A stretch of 64,000 nt of DNA from positions 1 through 64,000 of the IMG/VR virus record IMGVR_UViG_3300037851_000431; one strand, given 5' to 3'. The number at the start of each line of letters is the position of its first letter. The first letter of the stretch is position 1. Shown piece by piece: positions 28,201-36,417 of this stretch. This DNA is from a virus. A program made the translations under genes and the position numbers. The notes under the pieces were generated by a model, which was not told the DNA's origin, did no database searches, and was given only the letters and a program-made list of their open reading frames with translations.

Positions 28201-30108
28201 CTGCAAACGTATTTGTCGTATGCTACCGCTCAGGGTCAAGTTCTGCAAAGCTACCTATCGGTAGCACAGACACAGGCTATTGTAAAGGTAACTACTGCAC
28301 AGTATGCTAATGCACAGTCTCAAATCCTGCAAACTTACCCATCTTATGCACAAGCGCAAACCTATGTAAAGACAGTAGATATAAATGCTTATGCACAAGC
28401 GCAAACACAAATCAAGTCTACTTATCAAGCATATGGACAAGCAGCCGCAAAGATAATCCTTTCAGACCTTCAGGCATATGCTCAGGCTCAGGCGTGGATC
28501 AAGCAGACCTATCAGCAATGGGCGCAAGCAAATGCTTATATCCAATTAACAGGTCTTCAAGTATATGCTCAAGCGAATGCACAGATTAAGCAAGTCTGTT
28601 TGGGCTACGCACAAGCACAGGCGCAAATCAATGCTACTTACCTAGCATTTGCTCAAGCCAATGCAAGCATAATTCTTTCGAATCAGCAGGCTTATGCACA
28701 AGCTGAAGCGCAGATCAAGGCAACCTATACTGCTTATGCTCAGGCTAATGCTTATATTCAATTAACGGGACTTACCGTTTATGCACAAGCCCAAGTCTGG
28801 ATCAAGACTACTTACTTTGCGTATGCTCAGGCTCAGGCTAAACTTAATGCGTTTGGTACTCAGCAGTATGCGCAAGCGGCTGTGTGGATAGAAGGTTCAT
28901 TTATCCAGCACGCTCAGGCACAAGCCAAGTTAAATGCCTTTGGTACTCTTGTTTATGCACAAGCACAGGCTTCGATACTTCAGACCTATGTTGCTTGGGC
29001 GCAAGGAAATGCCTACATTATTCTAACTAATTTACAGGTTTATGCTCAGGCACAAGCAGTCATTCTAGCAACTTATCAGGGTGTTGCACAAGCCCAAGCA
29101 TTCATTCTGTTGTCGGGATTGAACGCTTATGCCCAAGCAGGGGCAACAACTGTTCAATCTTATAGTAAATTTGCTCAAGCACAAGCAAAACTAAATGCTT
29201 ATGATGTTAATCAATATGCCCAAGCAGCGGCTTGGATTGCAGGAGCATTTATACAATTTGCGCAAGCACAAGTTAAAATTAATGCTTATAATGTACAGGC
29301 TTATGGACAGGCACAGGGCATAATAAAATCTACATATATTATATTTGCTCAAGCACAAGTATTAATAAGAAATACATATCAAAACCATGCTCAGGCACAA
29401 GTAAATGTTAAGGCTATCTATCAGGTATACGCTCAGACGGGGGCCGCAATAAAAACTTCCTACTATCAAGTAGGACAAGCACAGACACAAATTAAATCTA
29501 CCTACCTTGCATGGGCGCAAGCAGAAGCCCGCATACTTGCTACTTATCAAGGATATGCAAATGCGTTAGCACAAATCTACATTGTCGGGCAAAGATTTGC
29601 AAACGCAATTGTCTCTATAAAAACTACATACTCATCTCCTGCTCAAGCACAAACTCTTGTATATGGAACTTGGCAACAACATGCGAGTGCCCAAACGCTA
29701 GTTAAAACAGGTGTTAATATTTATGCTCAGGCTCAAGCCTATGTTATAATTAGAAACACTCTTAATTACGCTCAATCACAAGTTAGTATCGTAACAAATT
29801 ATATACAACAAGCACAAGCATTAGCAACAATTTTGGCTACCTCTAGCCAGTTTGGTCAAGCCGAAGGAATAGTAGCCAAACTTGCTGGTTATGGACAAGC
29901 CGAAACCTTTGTTGTAATAACACACATACTTAAAAAACTTACAGTTTCAGATACAAATCTAATAAGTGTGACATTAAGTGATACCTTACCAACACAGACA
30001 ATTGATGAAACTGAGGTAATCAGTGTAGAAATAACAGATACAAACATCTCACTAGAGATAGCGGATTATTTACACGAAGATTTCTTATTAAGTGACAGTA
30101 ACTACTAA
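25231..30108 (+). CDS. giant AQAQA-repeat virion fibre/adhesin protein 2
   Basis: TAATG-coupled to the previous gene; globular modules plus long YAQAQA repeat tracts. Confidence 0.75.
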   Translation: MANATYLHARITTQQSQNTTTLTTKQTVSSSDLSTAGFANNDEVLVIWYFKVSHSTTNETRVDLTYNTATIMSGTTTRLDLGAAGRERAFMFMERVSLGTLAAFEVKLADSTTTSAYLEKSELFIVKLADFGVENTDWFWNKNTTVTQNTTTYSGTNRAAITWTPPSVEDWIYFAYAHHAIDSASVNAEGRVVLDGALHSGDWSIEGESTTEEIPVTWFAVLSSLAASEHTLSMETRDDTTTAANDHRESAIFLFRKNKWSDIYTNIAGTVAVANGSDVQVATITNTLTVSQPLIIWGQGNMNLDTVDTQAYMWIRQGGSTVIDPLGNTATGLASGYAYDATDEVPLSVFGYISSESGAQDIDLFASQTNTASRNLLGTGLLVWGMAKKNTYKVSAQAQAHVKSIDVQGYAQSEAYILVTSKVYAQAQTGIVLPSFTYKEYAQSLGAIKQTYPIFPKILAQDTFTEAGTGTTELYNHTPEVGGSWDSSNVYVNKDTDTLVTTYSDTGEGFLRSVLISNASIYFTASAGSTVDYPIALLAKITGDINPSYYMLLVYRGSSTYWEYSLDRVSFGGPPETISSGISTVAFGNNARMLFFVSGYSPTTLKVKVWAATDEEPNSWLDTQTDNNGSNQHESGYFGLALAADASGVTSGDDLLIISHVINPTFAQSQASVKSIVSVWAQGNSYIKVTGLQSYAQAQSHINRTEQGYAQAQTSILRTGLVYAQAQSIVLRSEQGYAQSQADIKQGYNVYAQAAAIITITVQAYAQAQTETTIPTMGGYGYAQALGQIGRIEDLYTAIDEVTADDNDYIVNIADGNAVISLGPLVTPDWFQDHVLRVRYQTTGTGSGGTIQLRQGTTIIWQTTGITSSDWTLLEYALNSSEIASITDYTDLNIKFETSDKFLVSWVEFQVPYGSGAKKTRKYAQAEAFIYVPIQTLNVHAQAQVVIFRTEQGYAQANAWLKVTDNVTSGQAQAQIKTTSFAYANAQGTVLQTYLSYATAQGQVLQSYLSVAQTQAIVKVTTAQYANAQSQILQTYPSYAQAQTYVKTVDINAYAQAQTQIKSTYQAYGQAAAKIILSDLQAYAQAQAWIKQTYQQWAQANAYIQLTGLQVYAQANAQIKQVCLGYAQAQAQINATYLAFAQANASIILSNQQAYAQAEAQIKATYTAYAQANAYIQLTGLTVYAQAQVWIKTTYFAYAQAQAKLNAFGTQQYAQAAVWIEGSFIQHAQAQAKLNAFGTLVYAQAQASILQTYVAWAQGNAYIILTNLQVYAQAQAVILATYQGVAQAQAFILLSGLNAYAQAGATTVQSYSKFAQAQAKLNAYDVNQYAQAAAWIAGAFIQFAQAQVKINAYNVQAYGQAQGIIKSTYIIFAQAQVLIRNTYQNHAQAQVNVKAIYQVYAQTGAAIKTSYYQVGQAQTQIKSTYLAWAQAEARILATYQGYANALAQIYIVGQRFANAIVSIKTTYSSPAQAQTLVYGTWQQHASAQTLVKTGVNIYAQAQAYVIIRNTLNYAQSQVSIVTNYIQQAQALATILATSSQFGQAEGIVAKLAGYGQAETFVVITHILKKLTVSDTNLISVTLSDTLPTQTIDETEVISVEITDTNISLEIADYLHEDFLLSDSNY

Positions 30109-30122
30109 GGTGGTGAAATTTC

Positions 30123-30422
30123 ATGACCAAATATAATCCTAATGTTTACGTATTGGGAGCTAGACCTGAATTATGGTTAACCCCTAGAGATAGAAATGAT
30201 GAATTTTTTACCCCAACAGAAATGAGACTAAGTGTAGAACAACCTGACGGAGTTATTGTCACTTATTCGGGAGCCGAGATGACTCTTGCATCAGGTTATT
30301 ATTATGTTCTATATAGACCATTATTAGTTGGTTGGTATGAATATGAGGGTTGGGTAAAAGATGGGACGGGCCGCGAGGCAGCACAAACTAGAGGCTTTGA
30401 AGTGACCGATAGAGTGTACTAG
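30123..30422 (+). CDS. small Ig-like structural protein
   Basis: PDG..TYS..GYYY..GWYEY pattern; follows the fibre genes. Confidence 0.5.
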   Translation: MTKYNPNVYVLGARPELWLTPRDRNDEFFTPTEMRLSVEQPDGVIVTYSGAEMTLASGYYYVLYRPLLVGWYEYEGWVKDGTGREAAQTRGFEVTDRVY

Positions 30423-30423
30423 G

Positions 30424-30453
30424 TTGAAACTGAACATATCAATCTGTTATAGT
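30424..30453 (+). promoter_or_regulatory. sigma70-type extended -10 promoter
   Basis: TTGAAA-N18-TATAGT with TGn. Confidence 0.55.
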
Positions 30454-30555
30454 ATAGGTGAGGCGAAAGGGGTTCCCTAAGTTGAAGCGAATTTCGCCTC
30501 GCACACTAGATGCCATATCCTTGTTTCTTTTTCAAGGGGCGAGGATATGGCGCTT

Positions 30556-30632
30556 GGCCCCGTATCCCAACCGGCAGAGGAAGAGGACTTAAAATCCTTA
30601 TAGTGTCAGTTCGAATCTGACCGGGGCTACCA
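30556..30632 (+). tRNA. tRNA-Leu(TAA), short variable loop
   Basis: GAGGA-CTTAAAA-TCCTT, A73, CCA. Confidence 0.9.
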
Positions 30633-30634
30633 TT

Positions 30635-30711
30635 GGCTTCGTAGCCCAATAGGTAGAGGCGTATGCCTTAGGAGCATATTAGTAAGAGTTCGAATCTCTT
30701 CGAAGCCACCA
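30635..30711 (+). tRNA. tRNA-Leu(TAG), short variable loop
   Basis: TATGC-CTTAGGA-GCATA, A73, CCA. Confidence 0.92.
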
Positions 30712-30728
30712 AATTTTAGGAGAAATTA

Positions 30729-31322
30729 ATGATTAAACTGGATATAGGGAGCGGTAAAAAGTACGAGGATACCAACGATTTTATTGGTGTTGATGCCTTT
30801 ACAGATGCTAATGTAAAAGCAAATATGTGGGACTTACCATTTAAAGATGGTGAGGTTGATTTAATTTATTCTTCTAATACATTGGAACATGTTTCAAAAT
30901 ATGCTATTATACCTACCCTTAGAGAGTGGCACCGTGTTTTAAAGATGGGGGGAATAATTGACCTTATTGTTCCCGATCTTGAATGGTCTGTTCTATGGTG
31001 GTTGGATCATCAAAATGTTGATTGGAGTATGGATATAATTTTCGGCCATCAAAGAGCCGAAGGTCAAACCCACATGACAGGGTTTACAGAAGATATAATG
31101 AGACTTTATCTTAAGATGGTGGGTGGATTAGAAATTAAAGAGGTCCAATATGTGGGTAATTCTCTGGAAGATATCCCACTCTTTGGTACCCTCATTAAAG
31201 AAGACCCTAATACTATTGTAAGACAAAGATGTATGAGATTTACAATTGAGAAGACAGGTGGATTAACGGGATGGGAAAATCTTCCTGCACTTGAAGGATT
31301 TTATACTATAAGTTTTGAATAA
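30729..31322 (+). CDS. Class I SAM-dependent methyltransferase (Methyltransf_11-like)
   Basis: LDIGSG, LPFKDGEVD, SNTLEH, RVLKMGG..VPD. Confidence 0.85.
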   Translation: MIKLDIGSGKKYEDTNDFIGVDAFTDANVKANMWDLPFKDGEVDLIYSSNTLEHVSKYAIIPTLREWHRVLKMGGIIDLIVPDLEWSVLWWLDHQNVDWSMDIIFGHQRAEGQTHMTGFTEDIMRLYLKMVGGLEIKEVQYVGNSLEDIPLFGTLIKEDPNTIVRQRCMRFTIEKTGGLTGWENLPALEGFYTISFE

Positions 31323-31399
31323 GGCTCAGTACTCCAATAGGCAGAGAGACTAGTTTCAAAAACTAGATAGTGTGGGTTCGACTCCCTCCTGAGCTACCA
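31323..31399 (+). tRNA. tRNA-Leu(CAA), short variable loop
   Basis: CTAGT-TTCAAAA-ACTAG, A73, CCA. Confidence 0.9.
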
Positions 31400-31417
31400 A
31401 TATACGGGGGTGAAAAT

Positions 31418-31888
31418 ATGAAACGATCAACAAGATTTATTATAATTTTTATAGCTGCCATTTTGATTGGCTTCTTTTTTGCAGATACAGTACTATCTGA
31501 TACAGGTGGACCACCAGTACCACTGCCATCTGAAACTCCGATTATAGTTACACCGGAACCAGTAGTAACTCCTGAACCTACATTGGAACCAACGCCCGAG
31601 CCAACGGCTATGCCAACTCCTGAGCCAACTGTTATTCCTCCACCAGTACCAGATATTGATATATTAGATTTAATAGAAGAAAACAGGCTCTTATTGGAGG
31701 AGAATGCTGCTCTAATAGCAGCAAATACAGTCGCAATAGAAGAAAATGCTGAATTAGCGGCTGCTAATAGTGATCTTACAAATCTCCTAATACTATTAGG
31801 GGTAGTATTATTAGTTGCACTGTTTTTAACAGTACTTTTTACTTACCGTTTATATAGATTAATAAAGCAGATGCTATTCGATTGGTAA
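31418..31888 (+). CDS. membrane protein with signal peptide, PT/PE-rich linker, coiled coil and C-terminal TM helix
   Basis: MKRSTRFIIIF.., TPEP repeats, hydrophobic C-terminal helix. Confidence 0.65.
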   Translation: MKRSTRFIIIFIAAILIGFFFADTVLSDTGGPPVPLPSETPIIVTPEPVVTPEPTLEPTPEPTAMPTPEPTVIPPPVPDIDILDLIEENRLLLEENAALIAANTVAIEENAELAAANSDLTNLLILLGVVLLVALFLTVLFTYRLYRLIKQMLFDW

Positions 31889-31938
31889 ATTTGCCCACGA
31901 ATAGGTAAAAGTGAAAGGTACTTTAATAGGAACAATAA

Positions 31939-32015
31939 GCCCCCGTAGCTCAACTGGATAGAGCGAAGGACTTCTAATCCTTAGGTTGTGGGTCCGAGTC
32001 CCGCCGGGGGTGCCA
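31939..32015 (+). tRNA. tRNA-Arg(TCT)
   Basis: AAGGA-CTTCTAA-TCCTT, CCA. Confidence 0.94.
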
Positions 32016-32028
32016 AATTGGAGAGCAA

Positions 32029-32724
32029 ATGAGAAAAGGTATATTAGTTGGTACGTGGAGTGGGGGCAAAGATTTTGCAACTCTTTGCCTAAACAGTCTA
32101 GAACCTATAAGAAAAGATTTTCCTATTATTGTAGGAATTAATGATTTTTACAACGCTGATAGCGATTGGGTAGAGTCATTAAGATACAAATACGATATTA
32201 TGGAAATATATAAAGATGGTTATGAACTTGCTCCAATATTTGGTATGGCAAATATTTCTCAAATTGATGTAGATGAGTTTTGGTTTTTTCAGGACACAAT
32301 AGAAATTACAGACTGTAGTTTTATACCACTTTCCTTACAACAGGAGGGACTTTCTTTTTCTTATTGTAAAGAGTATATGATATTTTATTTAGGAAAATAT
32401 CGAACAGAAACATTGAAAAAAATGATGGCTGTTGAAGTAAGATCAAAAAAAGATTCCATGTATTGGGAATGGTATTTTACTAGATTGTATCATTATATTG
32501 ATTATGATGGCCAAAATTCTTATGTAGTTGATCCAGAATTAGATATCTGGAATAAAGATAATAATTATATAGAGAACATATTTGGGGAAGATCGGTTAGT
32601 CATCAAAGGAAAATATCTAATTAAGCGGTTAGGTTTAACTGATTTTAATATCCCTAATTTATTAGGAAGAAGTTCAGAAGAGACTTTTGAAGCATGGAAA
32701 TCCGCGTTTTCGGGAGGTAGATAA
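32029..32724 (+). CDS. hypothetical protein, possible glycosyltransferase-like fold
   Basis: GYELAPI and FWFFQDT motifs; weak similarity only. Confidence 0.45.
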   Translation: MRKGILVGTWSGGKDFATLCLNSLEPIRKDFPIIVGINDFYNADSDWVESLRYKYDIMEIYKDGYELAPIFGMANISQIDVDEFWFFQDTIEITDCSFIPLSLQQEGLSFSYCKEYMIFYLGKYRTETLKKMMAVEVRSKKDSMYWEWYFTRLYHYIDYDGQNSYVVDPELDIWNKDNNYIENIFGEDRLVIKGKYLIKRLGLTDFNIPNLLGRSSEETFEAWKSAFSGGR

Positions 32725-32931
32725 ATGGTTAATGTAGTTAGGGATGGTCAGAAAGTTTGGCCGACTTGTCCAGAATGTGGGTGTAGGTTAAATATTGAGG
32801 TAATGGAAGAATGGACTTGTTTATCTCATTTTGGAATGGACTCTGAAAAAGATGCAAGAGGTTGCATTTGTGTTTTGTTTGATAAAAATTATTGGACTAA
32901 AACAGAATTATTATCCCATATTTGGGGGTGA
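32725..32931 (+). CDS. small zinc-binding hypothetical protein
   Basis: CPECG; strong GGAGG RBS. Confidence 0.55.
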   Translation: MVNVVRDGQKVWPTCPECGCRLNIEVMEEWTCLSHFGMDSEKDARGCICVLFDKNYWTKTELLSHIWG

Positions 32932-32936
32932 ATTAA

Positions 32937-33308
32937 TTGTCGAAAAGAATTACAATATTGCCATTACTGGCAAGAACAGCAACCACGGTTTCTAGTGCTG
33001 TTAGTACTCATGATGCCGTTGGTGCAGTAGTAATTGTTAATGTTTCTGCTATTGCTAATACCCCTTCTGTCACGGTTACAGTTGAAGGTGTTGATGAAAC
33101 TAGCGCACTAAATACAGCGTATACATTACTTACATCTGCTGCAATAACAGGTGTTGGATTAACAAGATTAACTGTTCATCCTGCTATGACTGCCGCTGCA
33201 AACACGGTTGCCAAGGATGTTATACCATCGAAAATAAGAGTAACCTGTACACACGCAGATACAGATTCAATCACATACGCTGTTTCAGCATATTTAGTAA
33301 ACGCTTAA
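32937..33308 (+). CDS. small beta-rich putative virion protein
   Basis: A/T/V-rich with alternating strand pattern; TTG start after a GGGGTGA RBS. Confidence 0.5.
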   Translation: MSKRITILPLLARTATTVSSAVSTHDAVGAVVIVNVSAIANTPSVTVTVEGVDETSALNTAYTLLTSAAITGVGLTRLTVHPAMTAAANTVAKDVIPSKIRVTCTHADTDSITYAVSAYLVNA

Positions 33309-33313
33309 TATTT

Positions 33314-33392
33314 CGGGGTGTAGCTCAGTTTGGTTAGAGCGCCCGCTTTGGGAGCGGGAGGTTCGTAGGTTCGAATCCTATCACCCCGACCA
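33314..33392 (+). tRNA. tRNA-Pro(TGG)
   Basis: CCCGC-TTTGGGA-GCGGG, C1-G72, CCA. Confidence 0.96.
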
Positions 33393-33414
33393 CCTAGAAA
33401 GGTGGTGATGTAAA

Positions 33415-33690
33415 TTGGGACGTAAGAAAAGAGTCCCAATACCAAGAGGACAGTCTTATTATCCTTTAGATTATAACTTTGTATATCATAGATACGATGG
33501 TAAGGTACAATGTTCATACTGTGGTATTTTTGAAAATTATGATACCATAACACGCGATCATGTATATCCTAAGAGCAAAGGTGGCTCAATAACAGTACCT
33601 TGTTGCTATAGTTGTAATGAAGCGAAAAAAGATGCCTTACCTATCGAATGGGCAATTTTTATTTCTAGCGCCATTGATGTTAATGGTTAG
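33415..33690 (+). CDS. HNH endonuclease
   Basis: CSYCG, TRDHVYPKSKGG, CCYSCNEAK. Confidence 0.85.
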   Translation: MGRKKRVPIPRGQSYYPLDYNFVYHRYDGKVQCSYCGIFENYDTITRDHVYPKSKGGSITVPCCYSCNEAKKDALPIEWAIFISSAIDVNG

Positions 33691-33743
33691 CATGACAGCC
33701 TTCCAAGCTGTGTGTATCGGTTCGAATCCGATATGGCGCTCCA
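33668..33743 (+). tRNA. tRNA-Gly(TCC)
   Basis: ACAGC-CTTCCAA-GCTGT, U73, CCA. Confidence 0.93.
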
Positions 33744-33744
33744 T

Positions 33745-33818
33745 AGGACTGTGGTGTAAAGGTAGCATAAGTGACTCCAAACCATTTGGCGAGGGTTCGA
33801 ATCCTTCCAGTCCTGCCA
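33745..33818 (+). tRNA. tRNA-Trp(CCA)
   Basis: Loop CTCCAAA, G73, CCA. Confidence 0.88.
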
Positions 33819-33840
33819 AACTATATAAAAGGAATAGTTA

Positions 33841-34032
33841 ATGAAATGCCATAACATACACTGCTTTAAAGAAGCAGATGTTAATTGCAGTGTAATTTTT
33901 ACAAAGCCTTCTCAGCATGATTCCTATATATTTTGTAAAGATTGTTACAAATTAGTTATATTGACGGTAAGGCGACTTGTAGATTTTGAAGATTATGCCA
34001 CGGTAGCTCAGTCCGGTAGAGCGTCGGTTTGA
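33841..34032 (+). CDS. small Cys-containing hypothetical protein
   Basis: AAGGA RBS, CxxxxC..CKDC; 3' end overlaps tRNA-Phe. Confidence 0.45.
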   Translation: MKCHNIHCFKEADVNCSVIFTKPSQHDSYIFCKDCYKLVILTVRRLVDFEDYATVAQSGRASV

Positions 34033-34073
34033 AGGTCCGTGCGTCGTAGGTTCAAATCCTACCCGTGGCACCA
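33997..34073 (+). tRNA. tRNA-Phe(GAA)
   Basis: Good acceptor, D and T arms; anticodon stem has two T-T mismatches; CCA. Confidence 0.8.
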
Positions 34074-34093
34074 ATTAATTTGGAGGAAAGGAA

Positions 34094-34414
34094 ATGGTAG
34101 CAAAAGATTGGGACTTTAATTATACAATTAAAGATTCTTATAAACCAGTAAGTACAAATAAAACAATTACTTTAGGTAATGTTTCTTCTACTTATTATCG
34201 GGACGATAATACTTATACAGTCCCATCATATACTTACTCAACTTATTGGTATCCAACAACAATTTATATGTATCAAATATTTTGTCCAAGACCAAGATGC
34301 AAGGGAGTATTTTGGGGGGCAATAGATTCAATAGCAGTATGTCCTAAGTGTAAATCAAGAGTAAAAGTTACAGACTCTCCTCCACCGGATTATGAAGTGG
34401 AAGTGACAAAATAG
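34094..34414 (+). CDS. zinc-ribbon hypothetical protein
   Basis: CPRPRC..CPKC; strong RBS. Confidence 0.6.
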   Translation: MVAKDWDFNYTIKDSYKPVSTNKTITLGNVSSTYYRDDNTYTVPSYTYSTYWYPTTIYMYQIFCPRPRCKGVFWGAIDSIAVCPKCKSRVKVTDSPPPDYEVEVTK

Positions 34415-34597
34415 AGGGGGTGGAATATGCGTGGTAAGAATATGGATGATCTTTGAAGATAACACGTTCTATGCCACGCCGCCTCTAGAGCGTTATTTAG
34501 CGGAATTACTATTAGTAAATTTAGGGGTAGACGCTCTTTGGGAGATAACATCAAATCCTCAAACCTTTAAGAGAGTATTAAGGGCTAAATTAATTTA

Positions 34598-34672
34598 GGG
34601 TGCGTAGCTCAATGGTAGAGTAAGAGACTCTTAACCTCTAGGTTGAAGGTTCAAATCCTTCCGCACTCACCA
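34598..34672 (+). tRNA. tRNA-Lys(CTT)
   Basis: Loop CTCTTAA, CCA. Confidence 0.9.
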
Positions 34673-34769
34673 GTAATTATTTTTAGGTTTACAAAGACAC
34701 AACCAAAAGTTGTGGGGCGGAACGCCTATTGGATTGGAGGAAGGTGTAAATAGGGCCAATTACATTAAT

Positions 34770-34845
34770 GGTTCTATAGTATATCGGAATAGTATATCTG
34801 TCTGTCGAACAGAAGGGACGGGTTCGATTCCCGTTAGAACCGCCA
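34770..34845 (+). tRNA. tRNA-Asp(GTC)
   Basis: TCTGT-CTGTCGA-ACAGA, G73, CCA. Confidence 0.92.
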
Positions 34846-34870
34846 AATCTAAGGAATAGGAAAGGTATAA

Positions 34871-35461
34871 ATGGATACATCGACATGGCTATGTGGACCC
34901 CCACCAGCTAAAGGTCAATATCAGAGATACCCAAGTAGATTTATGTACAATCTCAAAAAGTATTACCCGGAGTTTATAAATGACAATACGCTTCATATGT
35001 TTTCAGGTTTTTCTGACTTTGGTGTTACTACCGATTTTCGTCCTGAGACTGGTGCTAGCATTATTGCTGATTATCGCAACATTCCTGTGGGGAATAATGT
35101 ATTTAGCAATGTGTTGGCTGACCCGCCTTACGCGGACCATTGGCAAGGGCAATGGCATGGGGATTTACCCAAGCCTAAGCATATACTACGCGAAGCAAGC
35201 AGAGTTGTTAAATTGGGTGGCCTCATCGGCATCCTCCATATCATCATCATACCTGCCTACAAAGAATTAGGTGTCAAACGAATTGGGTTACACCCTATTC
35301 TTACCGGACCCAATAATGCTATAAGAGTATTTAATGTGTTTAGGCTCGTAACTCAGTCTGGTTTAGAGTACGATCCTGATAAGATCGAAGTCGTTGGTTC
35401 AAATCCAACCGAGCCTACCAGATTTATTCAGTTAACAATGACAGATTATATTGGCCCTTAG
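34871..35461 (+). CDS. putative amino (N6-adenine-type) DNA methyltransferase
   Basis: YP..LHMFSG motif I-like; VLADPPY motif IV; RVVKLGG. Confidence 0.7.
   Translation: MDTSTWLCGPPPAKGQYQRYPSRFMYNLKKYYPEFINDNTLHMFSGFSDFGVTTDFRPETGASIIADYRNIPVGNNVFSNVLADPPYADHWQGQWHGDLPKPKHILREASRVVKLGGLIGILHIIIIPAYKELGVKRIGLHPILTGPNNAIRVFNVFRLVTQSGLEYDPDKIEVVGSNPTEPTRFIQLTMTDYIGP
35342..35420 (+). tRNA. tRNA-Ile(GAT)
   Basis: CGATC-CTGATAA-GATCG, CCA; lies inside the MTase ORF. Confidence 0.94.
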
Positions 35462-35527
35462 TCTAATTGGTAAAACGCCTGTCTCTGGAACAGGAGAGTC
35501 TTGGTTCGATCCCAAGAGGGCCAGCCA
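35452..35527 (+). tRNA. tRNA-Gln(CTG)
   Basis: CCTGT-CTCTGGA-ACAGG, CCA. Confidence 0.92.
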
Positions 35528-35528
35528 C

Positions 35529-35604
35529 CCGCCTATAGCACAATGGATAAGTGTAACAGAGTTCGATCCTGTGGATGGGGGTTCGAATCCCTCTAGGCGG
35601 GCCA
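35529..35604 (+). tRNA. tRNA-Arg(TCG)
   Basis: Loop GTTCGAT, A20, CCA. Confidence 0.85.
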
Positions 35605-35625
35605 AATTAAAGGGGTGTGGAATGG

Positions 35626-36294
35626 ATGAGGGTACTGGATTTATTTTGTGGAGCAGGAGGAGCTTCAGTAGGTTACTTTAAAGCGGGATTTGATGTTACA
35701 GGAGTGGACATTAATCCACAACCTAATTACCCTTTTGAATTTATTCAAGCAGATGCTTTTGAAGTATTTGCTACAATAGGGGGAAGATTTGATCTTATTC
35801 ATGCTAGTCCTCCGTGTCAATACTATTCATGGGGCACTCGCAAAGGAAGAGAAACTAAATTTCCTCGATATATACCACAACTAAAAGAATGTTTTTTTGA
35901 AACACCTTATGTAATAGAAAATATAATGAATGCTAAAAAAGATTTAGATAATCCTATTATGCTTTGTGGAACCATGTTTAATCTTAGGTTACTAAAACAC
36001 AGATTATTTGAATCTAATATGCCGCTACTGCAACCTGAACATAAGAAACATGTGGGGTCAGTTAGTAGCGGTGATTATGTTACAGTAGCAGGACATGGGG
36101 GCAATTCTAAAACAGGGGATTTTTCTATAGCAGCGTGGCAAGAAGCAATGGGTATAAACTGGCTGTATACAAGGCCAGAATTAGCAGAGGCTATCCCACC
36201 CTCTTATACAGAATACATAGGTATACAATTAATGGATCGGTTGAGCAATTTGGCTGGCTCGCCTGACTGTAGATCAGGTCTGAAAGGCGTGTAG
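35626..36294 (+). CDS. short C5-cytosine DNA methyltransferase
   Basis: VLDLFCGAGG, HASPPCQ, VIENI, HRLFE, EAIPP. Confidence 0.88.
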   Translation: MRVLDLFCGAGGASVGYFKAGFDVTGVDINPQPNYPFEFIQADAFEVFATIGGRFDLIHASPPCQYYSWGTRKGRETKFPRYIPQLKECFFETPYVIENIMNAKKDLDNPIMLCGTMFNLRLLKHRLFESNMPLLQPEHKKHVGSVSSGDYVTVAGHGGNSKTGDFSIAAWQEAMGINWLYTRPELAEAIPPSYTEYIGIQLMDRLSNLAGSPDCRSGLKGV

Positions 36295-36318
36295 GTTCGA
36301 ATCCTACCCGGTCCACCA
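36234..36318 (+). tRNA. tRNA-Tyr(GTA)
   Basis: CCTGA-CTGTAGA-TCAGG, long variable arm, CCA. Confidence 0.92.
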
Positions 36319-36321
36319 AAT

Positions 36322-36394
36322 GGCGGGGAGGCTTGGTAGCCCAGCCAGTCTCATAAGCTGTGCTAAGAGTGTTCGATTCACTCCCCCGCAACCA
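36322..36394 (+). tRNA. tRNA-Met(CAT), initiator-like 1:72 mismatch
   Basis: Loop CTCATAA, G1xA72 mismatch, short D arm, CCA. Confidence 0.75.
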
Positions 36395-36417
36395 AAAATT
36401 TTTGAGCGAGGAATATT

